Shown here: positions 13,283 to 24,502 of the stretch, piece after piece
Layout of the letters: every line of letters begins with the position of its first letter
Numbering within the stretch: the stretch's first letter is position 1
From: Eledone cirrhosa
Taxonomy: Eukaryota
Length of the DNA: 64,000 nt
Assembly: GCA_964016885.1 (NCBI GenBank)
Contig: OZ024743.1
Coordinates: 3,100,001 to 3,164,000 of the forward strand
Reading direction: 5' to 3'
The notes under the pieces: model-generated
Told to the model about the DNA's origin: nothing
The model's input: only the letters and a program-made list of their open reading frames with translations
Databases searched by the model: none
Position numbers and translations under genes: made by a program

Positions 13283-13979
13283 GGCGATATCCAATTTTAG
13301 TGGACTAAATGCCGTTTAGTTGCTGCTTACTTCAATGTATGAGGCTATTCCAACAAATTTACATTCCCTTTTTTTTAGCCGTTAAAAGAAATATAGATTT
13401 ATTTATTGTTTTTTTTTTTTGCGATTTATTTGCCACTGGGGCATAGATTTCTTTATTTGCCACGTTTTTGTTTGTTTTTTTTGCGATTTATTTGCCACTA
13501 GAGCATTAGGCGGGTAGCGAAAGTAGCAATAATGGCCCGTGTAAGTGGGCCATCTCTCTATATAGGCTTGTACAGGTAAGAGAAGGGAGCACCCCCCTCT
13601 CTCTGTGCTCCCTGGCAGAAAGGTCGCACACTTTCTACGGGGGTGTGTGTGACCCCAAAAAGCTGCCTCTCTATTGAGGACTTAATTTTTTATATTCCTT
13701 TTTAATCACTCGTTAAATGTTTGTACTTGATTTTTGTAAAAAATTCCCCCGCCTAATGCTCTAGTGGCAAATAAATCGCAAAAAAAAAAACAAACAAACA
13801 AAAACGTGGCAAATAAAGAAATCTATGCCCCAGTGGCAAATAAATCGAAAAAAAAAAACAATAAATAAATCTATATTTCTTTTAACGGCTAAAAAAAAGG
13901 GAATGTTGTTGGAATAGCCTCATACATTGAAGTAAGCAGCAACTAAGGGGCATTTAGTCCACTAAAATTGGATATCGCC
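13283..13979. mobile_element. Foldback MITE with ~230-bp TIRs and 8-bp TSD (Merlin-like termini)
   Basis: GATAAATG-GGCGATATCCAATTTTAGTGG ... CCACTAAAATTGGATATCGCC-GATAAATG. Confidence 0.9.
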
Positions 13980-14309
13980 GATAAATGTATTATTTAGTGT
14001 TCTCATCAGAGCGGAAAGAAAAAATTTATAACAAAAATCAAAACAGATCACCGAAGTGATAGACCTACAGTAAAGATGGAATCTTGATATTAAAAAGGTA
14101 CAAGTTATAAACCGTTAGAACCGCCACTTTTTGCTCTGCTTATAATAACTTTGCTACACTTCTTTCCATTTTCTCGCTTGGTTTGCTAGCCTAAGCAATC
14201 TATACGCATCGAGCACACTAACCTTTTCTCTACTGGCCCGTAATCTGCATAACTAATCACCTTTCCTCCTCTTGATTGGTTTGCTAGCTTTTTATTTTGG
14301 GGAGTCGGG

Positions 14310-14460
14310 CCGCTGATTGCGAGGTTCCTCTCTTTGGCTGCTCGCCTCATCGAGGTAAGTGGCGAATCTTGCGAGGACGCTTGGTTGTTCCAGCGCATTA
14401 GCCTCGCCATCACCTGAGGCAACGCTGCGAGTGTGCTGGCTTGCCTAAAAAATCATTAGA
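14310..14460 (+). mobile_element. CRE-clade LINE extreme 3' fragment
   Basis: RLIEVSGE..DAWLFQRISLAIT.GNAASVLACL. Confidence 0.65.
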
Positions 14461-14896
14461 GAAGTTATCCAGTACTATTCGCTACGTTGCTGTCTTTTGC
14501 TAAGCGGGCTTATCAAGGGCATGGAAAGCAAAATAATAATCAATATAGGACCCAGGAGGGAATTCACGGTTAAACTAACATCATCATTCATTTTCCCCTC
14601 CGTGCATGTGTTTTTATTATCACAGAGCAAGGGGAGTAACTCTAGCCGGTGTTCAAGCAATCAGTCCCCTGTGGATTTTTATGCCTGTTCATATGCTGGT
14701 GTTTAGCATCTTTATATTATGTGTGTTGTTTCACTAGTGCCAGTACAGGTCGGGTCTGGGGTGTCCATTTATCATTTAGTGGATGTTGCTTCACTAATAT
14801 TTGTTCTCGTATGGTCTGTGGTGTACATTTGGTTCCCAGATGTTTGTTCGTACTGCTTGGTGTTATGGTTCGGGCATGGGGACCCAATTCGTAGTT

Positions 14897-15328
14897 TTCA
14901 TGTCACAGTCGCCTCCCAGGCAAAATACGACGCCTGTACCCGGTGTTTACAATTAATAACTGATTCTGCTCGGCTGTTTATAAGCTCATGGGGTGTTCTT
15001 ATGATGTAGTACAGCTCCATGAGGCAGAGCTGGCATTTCCCCCCTGAAGTTGTAGAGTGCAGCCCTACTGACAATATCCCAGTGTGTGGAGAAGCTTATG
15101 TTGGCGTCTTGCAATGTGGTGACGTAGTTGGCAAGCGATGTGGAGTGCCTTAATTTTTTGTTCCTGAAAGAGTGGAGATGCATTCTGAATCTCGTTTTAA
15201 ACTGGCCGGAGGTGGCTCCTATATAGTATTTAACTCCGCTATGGCTAGTTACGGTGCACCTATAAATAACCTTATCAGTCAGGCAGTTTCCCCTGAGAGG
15301 GCAGCCTCCACTATCACGACAGTTGCAA
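14897..15328 (-). mobile_element. Penelope-like element GIY-YIG endonuclease fragment
   Basis: CNCR..CPLRGNCL..VIYRCTV..YYIGATSGQFKTRFRMH, then after a frameshift CQLCLMELYYI..LINSRAE..CKHR. Confidence 0.85.
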
Positions 15329-15329
15329 A

Positions 15330-18300
15330 ACCACAATAAAACCATCCCCTGCTCCAGTCTCCTCACAAAGACATGATTACAACAACAAAAACAACAAAGG
15401 TAATGCTGCTCCAGTCTGGTCACAAAGACACGATCACAACAGCAACAAAAATGACGCTGCTCCAGTTTTTTCACAAAGACACAATTACAACAAATACAAC
15501 AACAACAACAACAAAAGAGGGAACTGCAACCCTATCCAATGTTGTAACCCCAAATCCAATCAAAAACTGCTCCCTGAACAAAAAAAAAATCTTTCATTTT
15601 TAGCCATGAACCTGAAAAGAGATAGAGAAAAACATTTTAGCCATCACCCAACACCAACCTTGCTGTCACTAACACAATCACAAAACAAGCCCCATGCAAC
15701 AGTCAAAACCAGCCACCACACTAGCCTCCACATTCTTACTCAATACACAAGGTATCAGCCCATCCATCAATGCACAGAAATGGAAGATCCAATTCATTGA
15801 GGATTGGGTTGGTAACCATCCATTTCACATCCCTTCTTCATTCTTACTGAGACCCACCTTGATAACTCCCACTTGGAGGCCGAAGTAAGAGTGAGAAATT
15901 TCACAACCATCCTTGCGGATCGTGTTGGCAGAAGGAAGGGTGGAACTGCCATTTTCCTGAATGATTCCTTTACAGCAGATGGCAACAACATTCTCTAATG
16001 GATACTGTGAATCAGCCACTGTGCACAATAAAGCCAATGACCTGACATTAGTTGGGCTCTATAGGCCACCACAAACACCCATAATCTGTTTCAAAGAATG
16101 CCTCAACAGTATTAAATGCTTTATTAAACAGTGCCATTCTAGCAACATACTTTTGATGGGAGACTTTAATCTACCCTGTGTCTATTGGTCTACATGTAGT
16201 TTGAAACCAGGCTCCACAGCCTCAACCACAGACAAAGAGGCTGCTGAGTCACCTCTTGACTTCATGAATGAGTTTTTCTTGTCCCAACTTGTCCTTGCAC
16301 CAACGAGGAGACATCAGAAGGACATTCTGGATCTAGTGTTTAGTAGCCACACTAACACTATACATAATATTACAGTGGAAAAAACCCTTCTCTCAGACCA
16401 TGACATGGTTCTTTGTAACCTGAGATTCCACCAGCCGAAAGCTAATCCCAGGGTCCTCTCTCCAGCCCACCCATTTGATAACATGGATCTCTACAATGCC
16501 AACTGGGATGCAATTATGAACAAACTATCACATGTCGACTGGTCTTTTACACACGCACACACTTCCACCAACATCAAAACATCTTGGCATATCTTTGTAG
16601 ACACTGTCACAAATATATGCACAAAACACACCCCACCAAAACCTGTGAACAAAACCAAGTGCAGTATCCCCCAAAACAGAAAAACAATTATCAGAAAAAT
16701 AAAAAGAACAAACAAAAAATTAACACACTAAAATACTGCCAACAACAACACACACATTCAATGGCTATCACCCTGCTTGAATCAAAAAAATATAACCTCC
16801 AGCCATGCATGATGACCATCATCAATAACCAGAGAATAGCTGAAGAGAGGTGGGCCATTGAGAAAATCAAACTCAACCCCAAAGTGTTCTTCTCATTCGC
16901 TAAAAAACACAAGGTCACCGTCTCTACTGTTGGCCCCCTAGTTGATGAAAATGGCACACTCCAAGACAATGCCAAAACCACTGCAGAAACAATACTGCTC
17001 TGTTTTCAGCAACCCTGATATGGCCGATCTGGGCTGTATCAGTGATGTTAACCCCCAACACACTATATCAGACATAACGTTTAGCGCCCCTGATGTCTTA
17101 GCGGCAATAAACGAAATTAAATACAATTCAGCAATAGGCCCCGACAGGTTCCCTGCTTGTGTCCTGAAGGTGTGTCGACACCAACTTGCAACTCCTCTTG
17201 CTAATCTGTGGAGGAACTCACTGGACACTGGCTATATTCCTGAAAACTTTCTGTCCCAGTCTTCAAAAAGGGAAATAAGTCCCTTGCAGTCAACTACTGT
17301 CCGATCTCACTCACCTCTCATATTATCAAGGTATTTGAGAGGGTGGTGAGATCACGAATAACCCACTTTCTTGAAAGCAACAGCCTGCTGAACTCCAACC
17401 AACATGAATTCCGTAATGGAAGGGACTGCCTAATGCAGCTCCTGCATCACTTTGACGATGTTTTGAGAGCCTTGGGAGAGGGCTCCAACACTGATGTCAT
17501 CTACCTTGATTTCAGCAAGGCCTTCGACAGGGTTGATCATAAGATTCTACTGAAAAACTATCCAATGTTGGTGTCTCTGGAAGGTTACTACAGTGGATCA
17601 AATGTTTCCTGACAGGCAGAACCCAGCATGTTGTAGTCGAAGGAGTAAAATCAAGTCCTGCAAAAGTCAGCAGTGGCGTCCTACAAGGCACTGTGTTGGG
17701 CCCACTTTTCATCATCTACATTAATGACATTACTGACATCATCAAACACAGCAACATCAGAATCTTCGCAGATGATTCCAAGCTCCAAAGGGTCATCAAT
17801 GAGGTGGGTGACCGGACTTGCCCTCAGTCAGACCTACTGGCTGTTATCCAATGGGCAGAGATGAATAATATGCTGTTGAATGAGGATAAATTTGAAGTAA
17901 TCCACTTTGGAAAAAAGGATGCCCTAAAACTACCATACTCTCTTCCTTCGGGTGAAACTCTAGTGGCTTCCAATAAGATCAGAGACCTGGGAGTAATTGT
18001 GGACAACAATATAAGCTGGGCCACTCTTATAAACAGCAAAGTTGATATGGCCCGCAGAATGTGTTCCTGGATTCTCAGAACTTTCCAGTCGAGATATATC
18101 CACACTGTTATCCTTCTCTTCTCCCCTTTTGCCCGACCCCACCTTGGATACTGTTGCCCACTGTGGTCAACCCACATGAAACAAAGTATCATGAAAGTTG
18201 AAGCACCCCAAAGGTCAATTACAAAAAAGATAGTTGGCATGACAGACCTTGACTATTGGGGTCGATTAGAAAAGCTCAAACTTTATTCTCTTCAACGTCG

Positions 18301-18627
18301 CCATGAGCGCTACATTATCTGTATGATAAAAATCCCACTCGAACAACAATATGGCACAATTATTTCACCTCAATTGGCCCTGCACTCTTTAACATTACAC
18401 CAAAACACATCAAAGCAGAGACAGACCCCATCAAGTTAAAGAAGTCTTTGGATAAATTCCTTCAAGAAATCCCGGATAAGCCTCCTACACCTGGATATGC
18501 CTCCGTAAACAATAACTCTCTGCTCGAGTGGGCCATGGTGCCCAAACACTGATTTGTAAGACTTCGCCAGGTGGTGCTATTAAGTTAGACATGGCCTGGG
18601 CCAATACTGGCCGAAACCTATCAAAGT

Positions 18628-18628
<1 letters not shown>
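15330..18628 (+). mobile_element. CR1/L2-group LINE with APE endonuclease and RT, frameshifted
   Basis: LTETHL, LYRPP, MGDFNLP, LDLVF, SDH (APE); YLDFSKAFDRV, QGTVLGP, IFADDSK (RT); ends in a (TA)n tract; 5' ~55-bp tandem units at 15348-15510. Confidence 0.92.
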
Positions 18629-18668
<40 letters not shown>

Positions 18669-18671
18669 ATA

Positions 18672-19265
18672 TAAGTGGTTGATAGCTTCCGGTACCTAGG
18701 TGATCAGATTAGCATGGAGGGGGGTGTTCCGAGGCCATAGTATCTAGAATAAGGACGGTTGGGAAGAAGTTTAGGGATCTGCTTCCTCTGTTGACAAAGA
18801 AGGGTTTCTCCCTGTGTACGAAGGGACGGTTATATGATGCCTCTGTGAGATGCGCGATGCTGCATGATAGTGAGACATGGATAGCAATTGCAGAAGATAT
18901 GCGACGGCTGGAGAGAAATGAAGCAAGTATGCTCTGTTGGATGTGCAATGTCAATGTGCGTGAACGACCAAGCATAGACGAGTTGAAGAATAAACTGGGT
19001 ATAAGAGGGATAAGTTGTGGTGTGCAGGAGAGAAGGCTGCGATGGTATGGACATGTGATGCGCATAGGAAATCCCAGTAGAAGGAAGACGCAGTAGAGGT
19101 AGACCACGAAAAACATGGGCGCATGTGGTGAGAGCTGACCTCAGATCACTGAAACTCACCGAGGAGATGACGAAGGACCGTGACAAGTGGAGAGGTACTG
19201 TGCTGAATAGGACCCGTCCAACCCTTGCAAGCAGGGAAAAGCGGACGTTTGATGATGATTATGAT
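18672..19265 (+). mobile_element. RTE LINE 3' fragment
   Basis: KGRLYDASVRCAMLH..ERRLRWYGHVMR, (GAT)n tail. Confidence 0.9.
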
Positions 19266-19277
19266 GTATACATATAT

Positions 19278-19873
19278 ATCAGATTAGCATGGGAGGAGGG
19301 TGTTCCGAGGCCATACTATCTAGAATAAGGACGGGTTGGAAGAAGTTTAGGGAGCTGCTTCCTCTGTTGACGAAGAAGGGTTTCTCCCTGCGTACGAAAG
19401 GCCGGTTGTATGATGCCTGTGTGAGGAGCGCGATGTTGCATGGTAGTGGGACATGGGCAGCAACTACAGAGGATATGCGACGGCTGGAGAAAAATGAGGC
19501 AAGCATGCTCCGTTGGATGTGCAGTGTAAATGTGTGTGAACGACCCAGCATAAATGTGTTGAGAGAGAAACTGTGTCTGAGAGGGATAGAATGTAGTGTA
19601 CGGGAGAGGAGACTGAGGTGGTATGGACGTGATGCGCATGGAGGATGACCGATGGGTGAAGAAGTGCCAGGAATTGCCAGTTGAAGGAAGACGTGGTAGA
19701 GGTAGACCACGAAAAACATGGGCGGAGGTGGTGAGAACAGACCTCAGATCATTGAAGCTCACGGTAGAGATGACGAGGGACAGTGACGAGTGGAGAGATG
19801 CTGTGCTGAATAAGACCCGTCCCACCCTTGCAAGCAGGGAAAAGCGAACGTAAAATGCTGATGATGATGATGA
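19278..19873 (+). mobile_element. Second, tandem RTE LINE 3' fragment
   Basis: GGGCSEAILSRIRTGWKKFRELLPLL..GRPRKTW, (GAT)n tail. Confidence 0.9.
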
Positions 19874-20036
19874 TATATGTATAAAATTATAAGAAACGAA
19901 ACGAGCTGTGTGGTTACTGTAAACAAAGTTTAAGATGGTAATATTGATGTAACAATCAGCTGTAAAACGAGATCGTAGATGTTTTGGACATCAAAAAGCG
20001 ATCAGCGGCGCGCCCAAGGCATTTTATCGATATATG

Positions 20037-21272
20037 TCTATATATATACTTAATACAATAACAGAGATAGCTTAACGCTAAACTCCGACTGGCAACCATC
20101 TCACTCAACAAACATTAGGTTATATGTTAGTATAACCCAATTTATGTGTTTGGGGTGCTAACTATATGTATTTTGTGGAAAGCCAGTTGTATTATTTTAT
20201 GAGATATAATTAAAGTTAAAATATATCTCTCTTTCCAAACAATTGTTTCATTATAAGTTTTCTACAAATTGGGAGAATATTTCCAGTTTATGTAGAAGCC
20301 TAACATATATTCATGTAAGAATATATTTAGATGGGCACTTATAAATCTTCAGTGGAAGCCCATTAAACTTTGATATAAGAAAAAATTCTTACCGCAGTTA
20401 AAAATCGTGTCTGCTAAGCTGCTCCCTCACGCATTGAATGACCGCCAAATTTGAAATTCCAGCAGTTTTTTGACTGAGGAAGTTTCATAGCGTCACGAAG
20501 CGGGAAGGGGAGACAACCACGATACATGAGAAAAGAAAAAAATAATATACACTCGGGTTAATTAGTTTTTTCAAAAACATTATCAATCCAACATGTTAAG
20601 AACTCAATTGAAATTTAAAAAATAAATGTATGCGTGTATTAATTACACACGCATATAGATATTTTCTTAGGCTAAAAACAGAGGTGATACCAAAATAATA
20701 AACCACATCACATCACCGCAGCAAATACGGAAGGTTACGCTTTAAAGGCGATTGGGAATGTAAATCTCTGGCCAAATTAAGAGTAAAATATTTAATACAC
20801 GCGGGTTAATTAGTTATTTAAAACTATTATCAATTCCACGTGTTAAGAACTCAATTAATTTTAAAAAATAAATGTATGCATGCAATTATTTACACACGCA
20901 TATATATATTTTCTTAGGCTAAAAACAGAGAAGTGACAACCAAAAAACCTCCATATCTCACAACAGTAACAAATACGGAAAGTCATACTTATAAGGTACC
21001 TGGAAATAAATACCTATGGCCAAATCAAGAGTAACATATTTAATACAATAACAGAGATAGCTTAACGCTAAACTCCGACTGGCAACGATATATTAACAAA
21101 TGGAAACTATATTTATAAAACCATATTTATTTTATTATACATATTTCAAGGACACCAAGTTAAATTATGGTGTGCTTTCATCAGATAAAATATAATATAG
21201 AGCAGTTTTATAAATAAATATTGACACACCCTTAAAGAATGCGACCATTTCTGTTGGAAGCTCCCGGATAGT
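20037..21272 (+). mobile_element. Non-coding element with internal direct repeats, possibly a non-autonomous Helitron
   Basis: Starts TCTATATATATA; ~48-bp direct repeat at 20049 and 21039; ~250-bp diverged tandem at 20540-21040. Confidence 0.35.
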
Positions 21273-21395
21273 ATATATATATCATCATCATCTTCATCAT
21301 CACCGTTTTACGTCCGTTCTTCCACTTTAACATGGGTTAGACGGGTTGTCCTGTTGTGGGCAGTAGCTGGTCGGCTGACCATGTCTTGCTCATAC

Positions 21396-21461
<66 letters not shown>

Positions 21462-21994
21462 GGAGCTGTATATATGTGTGTGTGTATATTTATTTACGAT
21501 ATATATGTATTTACGATTCCGGGAATATGTGGTGGTTTCTACGAACAAGTATTGGTTAGATTCTAAGAAAAATAACCTAAGCAATAATTGTTCGTGGAAA
21601 CCACCGCTTATTCCCGGAATCGTAAATATTTTCTGCGATTTCGTTGTAACGAAAAATTCTTTATAACGAGATCGACCGAAACAAATCGAGCGTTTGTTTC
21701 TTATTACCTCGGGGAATGAAAAAATTTCGTAATACTGAAAAATTCGTTATAATGGTATTTGTTATTTTACCTGTATATATATTTTGTTAAACGTATAGAA
21801 TAACGAACAGATGTAAGGGACGTAATTTGAAAAAAAAACTAACAGCATTTGTAAATAACTTTTCTTTGATTAAACATTTTAAAATTTTATGTATATATGC
21901 ATATACTAATTGCTATGCAAACTCTTTATCTAAACATACATCGAGTACTACTCTAATCTGTGGCCATTCCGGTCTCTATACTGCCAACATTTCA

Positions 21995-22090
21995 TATATA
22001 TATATCAACTAGAAATAGATTGACACATATATATATATCAACTAGAAATAGATTGACACATATATATATATATATATATATATCAACTAG

Positions 22091-22134
<44 letters not shown>

Positions 22135-22184
22135 ACTAGAAATAGATTGACACATATATATATATATATATATATATCAACTAG

Positions 22185-22244
<60 letters not shown>

Positions 22245-22275
22245 ACTAGAAATAGATTGACACATATATATATAA
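21995..22275. repeat. Compound minisatellite TCAACTAGAAAT(AGATTGACAC)(AT)n
   Basis: Six units with variable (AT)n spacers. Confidence 0.9.
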
Positions 22276-23160
22276 AATAAACACACAAAACAATCTCAGG
22301 GAATAATTTGTAAAGTGTGTAAGCACACATAGCTAGGTAGGTAACTAATTAAAGTTTAACTAGAACTTCAAATGTAGATACCTTTTAAAATGATTAATAT
22401 CCTTTGTATATATTTCTTTAAATAAAAAATATATTTCACCAATTAATCAATAAATCACAGCAGTTAAATCCCGGATGGTCACCAAAGGAGAAGATCCAAC
22501 CATCTGTGTTTACACATATATATATATATATGTTCCGTATAGAAATGACTTCTACAGAACTAGAGCTGTTTCATTCATTTGAAATCATCAAAACAATTCT
22601 AGTCCTGTAGAAGTCATCTCTATACAAAATAAATATATATCCTTTATACATGTATTGAGTACCTTATTTAACTGTGGTTCCCTCCAGATACCCTTGGAAC
22701 ACCATACCTATATATATATATATATATAAACACCATGCATATTTCTGTAGGTACTTAGTGCCTGTTGGAATATCCATACCCTTTTATAATTATTCTCTTA
22801 TATGTAGAAAACAAAACGTTGTATCACGCTGCTATTTTTAACGGCATGATCAACAAGTTTATATTATCCTGCTTTTACTTATGGCCTATTTTTGTGTGGG
22901 GGTCATTTTAACGGCCTGACCTCATGCAACGGGCAGGAAGCGATATATTATCTTACTATGAGGCTTTATACCCTTATAGTACGGAAATAGCTGTCTGAAG
23001 ATCTAATTCTTTCCATTGGAAATTCTCTGAATTTCCAATCTTTTGATTAGTGAAACCGTCGGTAACGGCAATAGAACAGGTGAATGTTTAAATAGTTTTT
23101 TGATTTATTTAAAAGATTGTTTGATGATTACTTGTTCCGCTCATTTATATATATATATAT

Positions 23161-23600
23161 ATTAGGATTGGTGCTCTGAAATAGCGATATATACATGAAT
23201 GTATGTATAGTATATCTGGCGATATACTGTATGTTTAATTAAAAACATTTTGAAGACCTTGCGCAAAAATTGAAAATTAGGATCGCTATTTCAGAGCACC
23301 AATCCTAATTTTCAATTTTTGCTGGACCGGCAATCGCTCTGTATAATCAGTTCCTGATTATTATTGGAATTCTATAAGAATTCAGCCTCTATAATTTTCA
23401 ACAAAGGTCGGTGAGTGCTAAGCTCTGGTGAACACCAACAGTGTGAAACGGATCTCTCAGCTTATCTCCCTTCCCTTGTTGAAAAAAGAATTAAGTGACA
23501 TAGTCACTACTTTAAAATAATAGCACATGGTCTTCAAAATGTTTTTAATTAAACATACGGTATATTGCCAGATATACTATACATACATTCATATATATAT
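23161..23600 (+). mobile_element. Small non-coding hammerhead-bearing retroelement (retrozyme/Penelope pLTR-like) with inverted 5' piece
   Basis: Flanked by (TA)n; homologous to 63511-64000; contains the hammerhead fold at 23419-23464. Confidence 0.7.
23419..23464 (+). ncRNA. Type I hammerhead ribozyme (slightly degenerate)
   Basis: TAAGCT-CTGGTGA-ACAC caaca GTGT-GAAAC ggatct CTC-AGCTTA: perfect stems I and II, core CUGgUGA/GAAA. Confidence 0.7.
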
Positions 23601-23652
23601 AGTGATGAAACATAAGTCAATTGCATGAACTCATACTCATAATCCTTTATTT

Positions 23653-23688
23653 ACTGCTATATATATTTCGATGACCTCATCAGGCAGT
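23653..23688 (-). ncRNA. Minimal type I hammerhead ribozyme with intact core
   Basis: Minus strand ACTGC-CTGATGA-GGtcaTC-GAAA-T atat ATA-GCAGT. Confidence 0.75.
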
Positions 23689-23766
23689 TAGTCAGTTCTT
23701 AGATATGCCAGCTCTGTGTTTATAGTGTTGATGGTATCAGAGCCTTGGACAAATATATATATATAT

Positions 23767-23882
23767 ATAGGAACCAGTAAGACCCCGACAGCTGAGCTCA
23801 AGCCGTTTCGACGGCTAATTCTGGACTGAATTAGCCGTCGAAACGGCTTGAGCTCAGCTGTCGGGGTCTTACTGGTTCCTAT
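23767..23882. repeat. Perfect 55-bp-arm hairpin with 6-nt loop, next to (TA)n
   Basis: ATAGGAACCAGTAAGACCCCG..GCTAATTC tggact GAATTAGC..CGGGGTCTTACTGGTTCCTAT. Confidence 0.95.
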
Positions 23883-24184
23883 TACCCACTCTACTACCTC
23901 AAGTATTGAGTACTTTGGTGCGTTATGGTCCACCTGGTTCCTTACCACATTTCCTTCGTTATATATATATATATATATATATTTGTTTTGCAAGGTTTTT
24001 GATATGAAATTGTGTGGAAACAAATATTGTTATACTTGGGGTGGGGTTGTATTGTTATATTTCCACTCACTGTTTGGTTGGTTTTCGCCTCTGTATCTTT
24101 TATATATCCATAGTTAATTTATTTGGCAATCAATGTTTATCATTGATTGACCAGCGGTTAAAAATACAGATATAAATATATATA

Positions 24185-24502
24185 TGGAGGCACATGGCTT
24201 AGTTGTTAGAGCATTGGCCTTGCAATCAAAAGGTTGTGAGTTCAATTCTCGGACCGGGTGATGTGTTGTTTCCTTGAGCAAGACACTTTATTTCACATTG
24301 CTCCAGTTTACTCAGCTGTAGAAATGAGTTGATAGGACTGGGGTCCCTATCATTCCACTGCAAAAAAGCACCCAGCACTCACTGTAAATGAGGTTGGTGT
24401 TAGGAAGGGCATCCAGCTGTAGAAATCAAGCCAGAATCAGTTCCCGTCCCACCCTTGCAAGCAGGGAAAGCGGACGTAAAATGAAATGATGATGATGATG
24501 AT
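24185..24502 (+). mobile_element. tRNA/CORE-type SINE with RTE tail
   Basis: A box TGGCTTAGTTGTT, B box GTTCAATTC, core CCTTGAGCAAGACACTT, tail ending GGACGTAAAATGA(TGA)n. Confidence 0.85.

Noticed and set aside
13990-14015. CTGATGAG on minus strand as a hammerhead
   Set aside because: No GAAA half or stem I partner, even after removing the adjacent MITE
19880-20036. Promoter-like patch (TATCGATA, GGCGCGCC)
   Set aside because: No linked exon with compatible phase found; motifs are short
21995-22275. Repeat-spacer pattern resembling a CRISPR array
   Set aside because: Spacers are only (AT)n, the context is eukaryotic and there are no cas genes
24185-24260. tRNA gene
   Set aside because: A/B boxes continue into a SINE core and LINE-derived tail
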